Part shown: positions 13,101 to 22,760 of the stretch, piece by piece
Layout: each line of letters begins with the position of its first letter
Numbering within the stretch: position 1 is the stretch's first letter
Origin: Ylistrum balloti
Taxonomy: Eukaryota
Length of the DNA: 64,000 nt
Reading direction: 5' to 3'
Assembly: GCF_031769215.1 (NCBI RefSeq)
Contig: NW_026782580.1
Coordinates: 682,001 to 746,000, forward strand
The notes under the pieces: model-generated
Seen by the model: the letters and a program-made list of their open reading frames with translations, nothing else
Told to the model about the DNA's origin: nothing
Databases searched by the model: none
Position numbers and translations under genes: made by a program

Positions 13101-14870
13101 GAAAAGGCTAGAGAATTTTCAAATAGGTTGTATACTATGGTGATTTTGGGACTTGGATATTTGAGGCCTCGACTAATGCTTTGCCTGTGGGATTCACTCA
13201 AACTTTGAGATCCAACAACGTCTGTTAGTATTGGGACTCATCAAAATTTAAGAATTGGTATTCTGGGCTTGCTGTCTAAAAACAAATCGTACAAAAATAC
13301 TGCACTAAATTACAGTAACTTAAGACTGTTATATTCATGATTCATTAACTGAAAACACAGAAAAAAATACATGTGCCTACTGAGTTCATTAGGTTAAACA
13401 TCTTTACTGTCAGGACAGCTTGATACTGTCTAGTCTTGTTTATTGATTGGCCTCTCTAACAATTACAAGAAGAAACTGTTAGGTATTTATGAAAATTAAA
13501 TAACACATATACTTGTTCTTAATTAGACTGAAGTTTCTGATGTATGTACTGTGTAATTATCTGACAAACTAGAGTCCCTTCTTCCTTAGCTGATAAAGAA
13601 ATAAAATTCAAATTAGATCAGTGTACATCTGATTTTTCTGATTTGAATTAAAATCACAACAAAACAATAAGATAATAATAAATAAAGATTACAAAAATAA
13701 CTAGTTCTTATGATTTCTTATCTCACATTTCAGGTTGAAGTTCAAATATGATGATGGGACTGGCATAACCCTAACAATGACGTAAGTTTTTCTATAGATA
13801 TCTGTTCTGTCAGAAGTAGCAGAAAGTTGATATAGGATGCCAGTGTTTAAGTTACATAGTATAAAAATATCAAACAAAAAAGAAAACATTTCAATATAGC
13901 AGAATGGACTTTTTATACTGAATTTCAAATTAATGATACATGTATAGTATTCTTTTACATTACAAGACACCTTTCCATTTCTTCACATCATTCTCAATAG
14001 AGATTATCACATCAGTAAGAATAGAATGTTTTTCCGATCAGAAAATGGGAAAGGATTTTTTAATGTGTTGTTGACCTATTCTAATTTTGAGGAAGGTGAG
14101 GATTTTCACACAACTTCTAAAATTGTATGTGGTTATGTTTCCAGATTAGACATATCGGACAAGAACTCTTCTGACTGGCAGGTGGAGACCTTTAGTGTGG
14201 AAGTAGTAGGGTCTGTAAAGAATATAGATTTTACAGGGGATGCAAACATGAATACGAAGAAGATGAATGTTGGTGCACCCAAAGATTTCTCTTACCACTG
14301 TTCTCGTCTTTCTGTTGTCAATGCCACGGCAGACAATACAACTACTGTAAACGTCAGCCTCGTTCTGGATGGCTTTCAGGTACTGAATAATTGCATTACA
14401 GATTGATTACATAGTTTGATTACATAGTTACATGCTTTCAGTCATGTTAGAGGTACATAATAATCCTTTTTACAAATTTTATAGTCATTAAATTTACGCT
14501 GATGTTTCACGTCAAAGAATTCAGTAGTTCTATCACATCTAATCTAAACAGATGTTTTCACATCATATAAGAATTCAATATTGCATTAAATCTAAGCTGA
14601 TGTTTCAAGTCATCAAAGAAATCAGTAGTACAATGAATTATCTTTTCTTTTCTTTCACAGTTGCAACCTTTCAACATCATAAATAACCAGTTTTCGGATG
14701 GGTGGGACTGCGTACCATTCTTTACTGAGGGGATCTGGATGGGTCTCCTCTCTGTCCTTCTCCTTACACTCATCCTGTTGTATGGCTTCAGCATGCTGGC
14801 TGACATCAGGACTATGGACAAATTTGATGATTCCAAGGGCAAGACCATCACTGTCAATGTATCAGAATAA
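10044..14870 (+). CDS. ATP6AP1: V-type proton ATPase subunit S1 (Ac45), complete, 436 aa; join(10044-10129, 10957-11083, 11431-11508, 11677-11899, 12190-12275, 12506-12723, 13734-13781, 14145-14379, 14661-14870)
   Basis: Nine exons join in phase with GT-AG introns (1311 nt). Features: signal peptide, VPVLIWS, LSVEDFTKYG, YTALYTA, APKDFSYHC, FQLQPF...FSDGWDCVPFFTEGIWMGL, TM helix, and cytosolic tail TMDKFDDSKGKTITVNVSE. These are hallmark Ac45 motifs. Confidence 0.95.
10211..10218. promoter_or_regulatory. Full palindromic CRE in ATP6AP1 intron 1
   Basis: TGACGTCA, perfect match. Confidence 0.4.
10957..11083 (+). CDS. ATP6AP1: ATP6AP1 exon 2
   Basis: tttcag|C ... AAG|gtaaat; PMSQIPQVNLG...LVVFLQEK. 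Confidence 0.92.
11431..11508 (+). CDS. ATP6AP1: ATP6AP1 exon 3
   Basis: ttttacag| LSVEDFTKYGDVYNSFSDGGAFKNVK |gtgagg. Confidence 0.93.
11677..11899 (+). CDS. ATP6AP1: ATP6AP1 exon 4
   Basis: tttcag| ALMDENFSVHLPAV...LASN G|gtaatt. Confidence 0.92.
12190..12275 (+). CDS. ATP6AP1: ATP6AP1 exon 5
   Basis: gacag|AT ... DGQIGDVVRRLDKRELKYTALYTAKSAVQ |gtaagc. Confidence 0.92.
12506..12723 (+). CDS. ATP6AP1: ATP6AP1 exon 6
   Basis: ttacag| NQKQASSVKRHLLAAE...TCGNSTA AT|gtaagt. Confidence 0.92.
13734..13781 (+). CDS. ATP6AP1: ATP6AP1 exon 7 (48 nt)
   Basis: tttcag|G TTG AAG TTC...ATG AC|gtaagt (MLKFKYDDGTGITLTMT); a phase 2-2 exon linking exons 6 and 8. Confidence 0.85.
14145..14379 (+). CDS. 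ATP6AP1: ATP6AP1 exon 8
   Basis: tttccag|A TTA GAC ... APKDFSYHC ... LDGFQ|gtactg. Confidence 0.9.
14661..14870 (+). CDS. ATP6AP1: ATP6AP1 exon 9 (TM helix and cytosolic tail)
   Basis: tttcacag| LQPFNIINNQFSDGWDC...TITVNVSE*. Confidence 0.96.
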   Translation: MQPFNIINNQFSDGWDCVPFFTEGIWMGLLSVLLLTLILLYGFSMLADIRTMDKFDDSKGKTITVNVSE

Positions 14871-15515
14871 AAAATACTTATCGCTGATTTCTCAGTTCTA
14901 CAGTTCAGTACATTCCACTCAAGTTAATTAATGTCACTGTTGGTTGATATCATGCATTATAGTAATACTTACAATAATTCTTCTTTGTTATTATGGTATT
15001 TCAATTCCACTTTGAACAACAAAAACAAAAAAATCATGTAAATGAGAACTTATGGATTATTATGACCCTGTGGACATACTTGGTCACTTTTGGCTAATGA
15101 GATCTAAATCAGGGTCAACTTTTATTGAAGTGGTAGTGGTGTTTTGGAGTTCCTGAGGATATGGAGGATCTTACATGAGTGTCCATATAACACAGAATCT
15201 TTTAAACACGTTCAGTGATTTGTTGTTATGAACCTTCAGACACGAGTAAGATTCTATTTATCATATAACCTGTATTTCTGGAAAATCAGCAAAAACTCCC
15301 AAATTGATTTCTTAATAAGACAGACTTGTTTGATGATAATAGTATTTTTTCACTACTAAATTGATGACATGGCACAACAGGCTTGTAATGTGATAAAACT
15401 TTTTCCATCAAAGATTAAACTTAAATTTTCATCATCTTACAATTTCAAGAGATGTTCATCTTGATGTAAGCTTCAAAACAATTGTCTCTGTGAACAAAAT
15501 CATTGAATTTGAAAC

Positions 15516-15521
15516 AATAAA
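15516..15521 (+). terminator. Putative distal polyadenylation signal of ATP6AP1
   Basis: AATAAA followed by U-rich sequence, about 650 nt after the stop. Confidence 0.45.
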
Positions 15522-15806
15522 GAATGACTTTTATACAGCAAATATATGGTTTCCTTGCTTTCATATTACATGACTTTTACTGTAAATGAAAAGGTTTCTA
15601 TTAAAATCCAATCAGTATGTGTTATGTTCACCTATTAGTTATTTTACAAACCGTGAAGCAAATTCATGCTCCGAGTCATTATGGTTGGACAGTGGGCTAT
15701 ACGATGTGTAAAACAAATCGAATAAAAGACAAATATTACCATCGAATCAATCTGTGTGGGCAATAAATATCTCGGGGTCTGAAGACACATGGGCTGAACA
15801 ATTGTA

Positions 15807-16863
15807 AATCTGTAGACACTTTGACTTTCCCACCAGACAATCTGTAGATACATCACTTGTTAATCTGTAGACACTTTGACTTTCCCACCAGACAATCTGT
15901 AGATACATCACTTGTCAATCTGTAGACACCTTGACTTTCCCACCAGACAATCTGTAGATACATCACTTGTCAATCTGTAGACACACCAGACAATCTTTGA
16001 CTTCCCCCACCACATCACTTGACACTTTAACTTTCCCACCTGTAGATACATCACTTGTCAGTCTGTAGACACTTTGACTTTCCCACCAGACATTCTGTAG
16101 ATACATCACTTGTCAATCTGTAGACACTTTGACTTTCCCACCAGACATTATGTAGATACATCACTTGTCAATCCGTAAATACATCATTTGTCAATCTGTA
16201 GACACTTTGACTTTCCCACCAGACAATCTGTAGATACATCACTTGTTAATCTGTAGACACTTTGACTTTCCCACCAGACAATCTGTAGATACATCACTTG
16301 TCAATCTGTAGACACTTTGACTTTCCCACCAGACAATCTGTAGATACATCACTTGTCAATCTGTAGACACTTTGACATTCCCACCAGACAATCCGTAGAT
16401 ACATCACTTGTCAATCTGTAGACACTTTGACTTTCCCACCAGACAATCCGTAGATACATCACTTGTCAATCTGTAGACACTTTGACTTTCCCACCAGACA
16501 ATCTGTAGATACATCACTTGTCAATCTGTAGACACTTTGACTTTCCCACCAGACAATCTGTAGATACATCCCTTGTCAATCTGTAGACACTTTGACTTTC
16601 CCACCAGACAATCTGTAGATACATCACTTGTCAATCTGTAGACACTTTGACTTTCCCATCAGACAATCTGTAGATACATCACTTGTCAATCTGTAGACAC
16701 TTTGACTTTCCCACCAGACATTCTGTAGATACATCACTTGTCAATCTGTAGACACTTTGACTTTCCCACCAGACATTCTGTAGATACATCACTTGTCAAT
16801 CTGTAGACACTTTGACTTTCCAACCAGACATTCTGTAGATACATCACTTGCCAATCTGTAGAC
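15807..16863. repeat. 55-bp minisatellite, about 19 copies, downstream of ATP6AP1
   Basis: Unit AATCTGTAGACACTTTGACTTTCCCACCAGACAATCTGTAGATACATCACTTGTC; rearranged patch at about 15975-16040. Confidence 0.97.
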
Positions 16864-16894
16864 AATCAACAGCATAAGATACCTTGACTTACTT

Positions 16895-17125
16895 CACAGC
16901 TACAGTTGAGATTTATACCAGATGAATGCAATATTAAGTAATATGTAGAGTATTTTACAGCAACAGTTGATGTCTTCAGGAGGTAAACTGGGTGCATAGC
17001 CACGGATACTGGTATTGTGAAGTTATAGATGAATTTCATACTGGATGAACGCAGTATACAGCCACGTGTACACGTAATTTTCAGCTACAGTTGATGTTCA
17101 TACCAGATGAACGCAGTATACATCA
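16895..17125. repeat. Old degenerate approx. 60-bp tandem repeat, 3-4 copies
   Basis: Recurring CAGCTACAGTTGATG..CATACCAGATGAACGCAGTATAC blocks. Confidence 0.6.
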
Positions 17126-17345
17126 ACAATCACACACTTAGTTTAGTTATCTTTGCTTCTTCATTACTGTATGTTTCTAATTGATTAAGTTGACGTCTTG
17201 ATTAGAGTAAATAATTTGCGACGGTCTGATGGCTATACAGGGCTACAAAGGTTAGAGTAAATCAGCTGTTTGTCGGAAAATGAAATTGTTGTCACAGAAT
17301 ATACAAGACTTTGAAAGATAAAATTAATGTTCAATCTTATTTAAT

Positions 17346-20300
17346 TCATGTTGGAAAAATGTTCATTAACCACTGCTTATCCTTAATCGATCGTTGAACA
17401 ACTGCGGGGCCAGAAGAGGGAGTGTGTACTGAAAATGATAAAAAAATGTTTAATATAATTACATGTATTTTGGTATACACGTTGGTATTCAAGTGTGATT
17501 GCTTGTTTTTCTTTACGAAAAACATAAATTATAACGAATAACATACATTTTGATAAACCAATTAGCTCGAATGTCACAGAATTATATCTAATGAATAAGT
17601 GATAATAACAATGCATCAAAATGTATTTATAGCACAGGTTGATAATCACAACAGGTGTCGAGGCTTACCTGTCCATATCCGTCTGTCATCTAATTATATA
17701 GAACGATAGGAACAATTAGTAAATAAGTAGCAAAATAACATCGCGATAATAACGGTACGGCTTTTTCATGGTAACAGATTTACTCACGTGAGCTAGAAAT
17801 GTCAATGATTTGCAGGACTTTTTCGCGGTAACAGATTTACTCATGTGAGCTAGAAATGCCAATGATTCGCAGGACTTTTCGTGGTAACAGATTTACTAAG
17901 GGAAGCTAAACATATCAATAATTTGCAGGACTTTTTTCGCGGTAACAAATTTACTTACGTGAGCTAGAAATGTCAATGATTCGCAGGACTCTTGCGCGGT
18001 TTGACGTTTCCATGGAAACGGATTTACTCGTGGAAGCTAGATATGTGAACGATTTGTATGACTTTTTAGTGAGGTGAGTTGGAGATCAACGATTTGTATG
18101 ACGTCCTCATGGTAACAGATTTACGCAGAGTTGTATGAAAAGTACGAGAATCGTTAAATGTGCTACTGTATACCGAAAATAGTTGAAAAATCTTAATAAA
18201 AATTTCTGAAGATCTTTATAAATTTCTTATGATATCTATATACGTTTTTTACTAGGAGTAATTTCGGTGTGATCAATATATATACTAAACTGAACAAGGG
18301 AGGTAAATCTATACTGTGTTGCGAGTAATCAATTATTCCCTTTATAAATCCTTATCAATCATGTACGAATGAAGTAATTGGTCAATTCGGATAAAACTGA
18401 TAACATTATTAATTGATGAATCTTTGCATGTGGTGGTTTAATTGGACGTAGTAACACCATTAGTAACGGGTATGGCCACCGTTTTCGGAGTAAACAGCAT
18501 TTCAGTGTTGTGTCATGGAACACGTAAAATATGACGTGCTATCGTGCGTTGCAGAAGAACGTGCCAAACAGGGACAAATAATGTTATTTCAATGGTCAAT
18601 CTTACGCCTGTATGTTCTTCTGCTGCAGGAGAGTTCTGCTGAAGCAGAGACGTATATATGTGATATATACGTCTCTAGCTGAAGCGACTGGTGAACGCTT
18701 GTGCGATATCCTGCTGTAAAATGGCGCAAACGATATGACGTCTTGAGAACAGTAAAGCCTTTGGTTTCGCCCCCATATCAAAATGCAGGCTAAATTATCA
18801 TTTATTTCAAACCAGTTTGTTACGAATCCACTTGCCTCGCCCCACACCATCACACTTCCGTTGCCAAAGCGGTCCCGTTCTGCTACGCAACAGTTTGCAA
18901 ATCGCTCCCCTCGTCGCCTCCACACATTGCGCCTTCCGTCACCGTGTTGCAGACAAAGCCGGAACTCATCTGAAAACAGTTGTTACGTGGTTTTAAGAGG
19001 CAACGACAGTGAACTCGGGCTCAGACGCACGACGCCGAATAGAATGCGCAAGTGGAATAATGGTAAATGATTGTCATCCCTAGCGGTCGTTTTGCGGGGT
19101 CGGCCGCTTCGGGGACGATCGGATTGTGTTACAATTTGATGTAACGACTAACCGACTGGTAAATTGTGTAAACACTGCGACCAAAATGCAGCTCCAATTG
19201 ACTCCAACACCGCCTGGATCATGTCTACAGCCCTTCTCCTTCTGTATATGTGTCGGTCGGGCGTAATCGTAACGTTGATAGATTATAAGAATTAGTAAAT
19301 TCTATGTGCTAATAATGCCCAAAGAAACTTACATCTCTTTTATTATTTAATTTTTTATGGAATCCAAGCGAAGACCAATCAAGTCCCAAAAAACGTCATG
19401 GCGCTCTTCAGTTACTACAGATTTACACGCTGGAAAGATATTGATAATTCACTTGGTTTTTAGAATGTAGACATTGACTTTTCGTGTATATGGCTATAGC
19501 TTTGTTCTTGTAGCGGTAACAATAAATAAGAAAAATTATATGTTCTTTCTTTAAATTATGTTAACAGGACTTCCTCTGATCTGTCAGTATGGTAATAGCT
19601 CATTTTTGTTTTTTTTTTTTTTTGTTTTTGTTTTTTAGGCATTACATATCACAAACTCATAAAGGACTTGACCTTACATGTACTATCATCAACTCGGAAG
19701 CACGTTCGCTTGATAGATAAATCCCATCTGTATATAACCTCCTCATTTTATCCAGATAAGAAATTCAGTTTGGATCATCGAAACATAGGGAATTGTGGGG
19801 GCTTTAAAGAGTGAACATGTGTTTTGCTATTCTCAACAATTACCACATCGTAAAAATGATATAACAAAGCACTGAAAGAACTTGATATAAACTACTCGCT
19901 TGTTTTGTAGTTCTCTTTCACATATCAGTATTTGTAATTGTAATGTGTAGATGTTGGAAATCAAATATTGTTTAAACTTATAGTTTAATGGGAGACCACA
20001 ATTTTTGTATCGGAAAGAAAATGAGATGATCTATCAGTTTCTAATGGCTTCGTGTCTGATGTATATTGTTATATCAGCTTTGGAAGCTTAGCTTTAGACA
20101 TCTGTAATTATAGTAATACCAAACACTAATAAAGATGTGATGAAAAGTCACGAGTTAATTATTGATAAGAATTGATGAATGCACGTGATCTATGTTGACG
20201 TTCTTTAAACCTTTCACAAATGTTGGTATTAAAAAGACGATGTTTCGTATAAAAAATTTATCCATGACCTTCGACGAACTGTATACCAAGCTGTCTATGA

Positions 20301-20560
20301 ATACAAATATGGACGAAAAGAGTGTTTTCTCTACAGTACTGTCTAATTCTATACTTGTACACGTCACAAAATGTAAATTTCAATCATTATTTATGTCGGT
20401 GTTAAGACCTTTAGGACGTTTGTTAACATCATTTCTGAGTTTAATGGTTGTGTTTACCTGCCAACGTATACATAACTATGCCACCGAGCTCAAGGCTCCG
20501 GTACAGGCGGTATCCGTGTTTATCGACTTGCACGGTCTCTCCGTTCTTGTACAGTGACAT
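17346..20560 (-). CDS. Candidate unannotated small spliced ORF, 68 aa; join complement(20458-20560, 17669-17689, 17346-17428)
   Basis: Donors CAG|GTAAAC and CAG|GTAAGC; strong acceptor TTTTTTTATCATTTTCAG at 17429; phases 1-1-1 compatible; ATTAAA right after the stop. No recognisable homology, so it could be chance. Confidence 0.25.
17757..18125. repeat. Approx. 57-bp degenerate tandem repeat (5-6 copies) carrying X-box-like motifs
   Basis: Unit approx. GACTTTTCGCGGTAACAGATTTACTCATGTGAGCTAGAAATGTCAATGATTCGCAG; perfect palindrome CGTTTCCATGGAAACG at 18005-18020. Confidence 0.8.
18560..19240 (-). mobile_element. Tc1/mariner (Tc1-like) transposase pseudogene
   Basis: Frameshifted blocks RAVDMIQA, DRPRSGRPRKTTARDD, LFSDEFRLCLQHGDGRRNVWRRRGERFANCCVAERDRFGNGSVMVWG, LQQDIAQAFTSR match Tc1 HTH and DDE motifs (FSDESRF, GGSVMVWG, FQQDNARPHTAR). 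No TIRs recognised. Confidence 0.88.
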
Positions 20561-22360
20561 ATCATTTCACAATAATAATTCTAATTTCATTTAAAAATTA
20601 AGGCATGCATTTAAGGTTGTTGATGTTATCCAAATCAGTTATCTTTTCGAAGGAAAACGTATCGAAAACGAGAAGTTGGGAGAGAGGGTGTTGTTTTGAC
20701 GGCGTAATATAACTTACGAAATGTGCGTCATAACGCCTGTGTGTTGAAGGACTCACTAATCCCTAACATTATAATGGATTACCGATTAAGGATTAACTTC
20801 AATGTTACCTTTACGTTATTTAACAATGAAACAAAACAAAGTGTACTTGATACATCTCGCTCTATTGGCCACAGCGCGTCTGTCTCGCAGGATTCGGCTG
20901 AGTGCCGAAGTAGGCATCCCTGAGATATTTTTCTCTTATTTATCTCGTTTAAGAAAACACTACTTCGAGAATCAGCATGTTATGGTAGTATCATAGAATT
21001 AACTACATATGTAACACTAATATTTCTTCATGTGATAATCTTACACTACTGAAAGACAAAGCCACGGCTGAGAACTTCTGGTAGGGTTTTAATAATTTTT
21101 ATTAAATAGATATACAGCTCGTGTATTTGATAGGGAATATATAGATCTCAACGCCATAGTACGTGCCGTGCTTATTTTTAACGTAATGACCCATGTATTT
21201 GTTGGAAATTCCAGACTAATCCTATTTTGATTTTATGTCAGTAAAACTATCCCCCTCCCTCTTTCCGTCCATCCCTACTTGTCTGGACCATGCATATTGC
21301 ACAAGAGAATGTTGGCGTAGATTCATCTCTGCACCGATAATAATCATGTTCCGTGAGCTCACATCTATTTGTAATCAGAATGACGTAAATTGTTAAAAGA
21401 AGGCATTCTTGTCCACTGCGGAACTGTAGTTAATTTAATTTGTGCGTGGGACTTTTCTTTCCCTTTTTTAATGAAAGAATAAAGTTTACTATGAGTATAA
21501 GCAGATTATGCAATCAACTTCAATTACATTTCATTCTGAAATCGTTTCATCTAATCTGTGATGCTTTCCTTTGTGATATTTTTCACCATTATGTACTGTT
21601 GTCTGTATGGTCTTATATTCATAATTGCATGACTGTGTTCATGTTTCCTGTTTTTTTTTTTTTTTTTTACCTTTTTCCAAATACTAGCTTTCCCCAGCTT
21701 ATGCTCATAGTTGCCATACATCTGACATAAGATAAAGTTCCTTAATCTAATTCAGCTCATAGACGCGAATATTTAAAGCATTCTTTAATAAATGGCTAAA
21801 CACTATGTGCACTAGTAATTTGTTTTGAAACACTGTAATACAAATACAAATTAGTTTTCTTATGACTTGAGAACAATACCAGATCGAGAAGAAAAAAACC
21901 AATGGAAAATTGACATATCGGGCGCTGATCACATGATCGTTTGATCTCTGTGCATACGAGTTAACGTTAGGTTCTATTTATAGATAATCTATTGTACTAA
22001 ATTACAAGGAATAAGTCACATCAAGCACCACAACTTCAAATGCAGTGAAATTATTGTAGTGAGTAATGATCGCTGCAACAAGATATGTTTTTGTGTTTCC
22101 AGTAGGTAATTTACGGTAACTGTCAACTCTCCCGCCATCATAGAGAGTGAGACTTACTCTCGCGCGACAGAATATAGTCCATCGTAGGAAGTCATAATGC
22201 ACACTTATTCTGCATGTTACAAACAGTTTCGCACATTCAAATATGCCTACCGTTATGATCAAGTTTAACATTATGAATTATATACAATTCCTTCGTTAAA
22301 GAGATGCTTGTTACGATAACATGCATGGAGGAATATATATATCTGTAGATCAACTACATG

Positions 22361-22368
22361 TGACGTCA
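22361..22368. promoter_or_regulatory. Full palindromic CRE upstream of PRKAR2
   Basis: TGACGTCA, about 145 nt upstream of the ATG at 22514. Confidence 0.5.
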
Positions 22369-22513
22369 TCAGTGCTAGTTACCCGAGTCTCATCGAATGG
22401 TTTACATACGGAATACACATACAACACACATGTATGCGTGTTAGTAAACGGTGGATGTAAACGTTCTCTTCGAGACCATATTAATTCTAGGTATTTAGCT
22501 GTAAACAGCCAAC

Positions 22514-22760
22514 ATGAACTTCGAAATACCGCCAGGATTGACGGATCTTCTGCAAGATTTTACGGTTTCTGTGCTCAAAGAACGACCTCCGGATCTTGTC
22601 CAGTTTGCAGCAGATTATTTTGTGAAATTAAATAGTCAGAAGAATGTAGGAAAAGATGATGAAGATGATTCAGGAGGACGCGGAGTTCGGTTTGCTGGTG
22701 CAAGTCCTCCCCCGGCAGAACCCATGGATGAAGATGACGACGATGACGATGAACCAATGG
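22514..22760 (+). CDS. PRKAR2: PRKAR2 exon 1 (D/D domain plus acidic linker)
   Basis: aacATG ... ATG G|gtaaat. Confidence 0.95.

Noticed and set aside
14026-14144. 5' extension of the 126-aa ORF, or a cryptic exon 14042-14095 (tcag|...GAAG|gtgagg)
   Set aside because: The real exon 8 starts at 14145 in phase with exon 7. Including 14042-14095 gives TAA after 7 codons and leaves only a 49-nt intron.
7537-16863. CRISPR-like appearance of regular arrays (32 bp, 55 bp; also 42 and 58 bp elsewhere)
   Set aside because: Units are head-to-tail with no unique spacers, there are no cas genes, and the context is eukaryotic.
20155-20557. Overlapping 121-aa (+) and 70-aa (-) ORFs as genes or an RT fragment
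   Set aside because: RT-like words (GRLLTSFLS, VFIDL) are in the wrong order and there is no other support. Only the separate minus-frame spliced candidate is reported, at low confidence.
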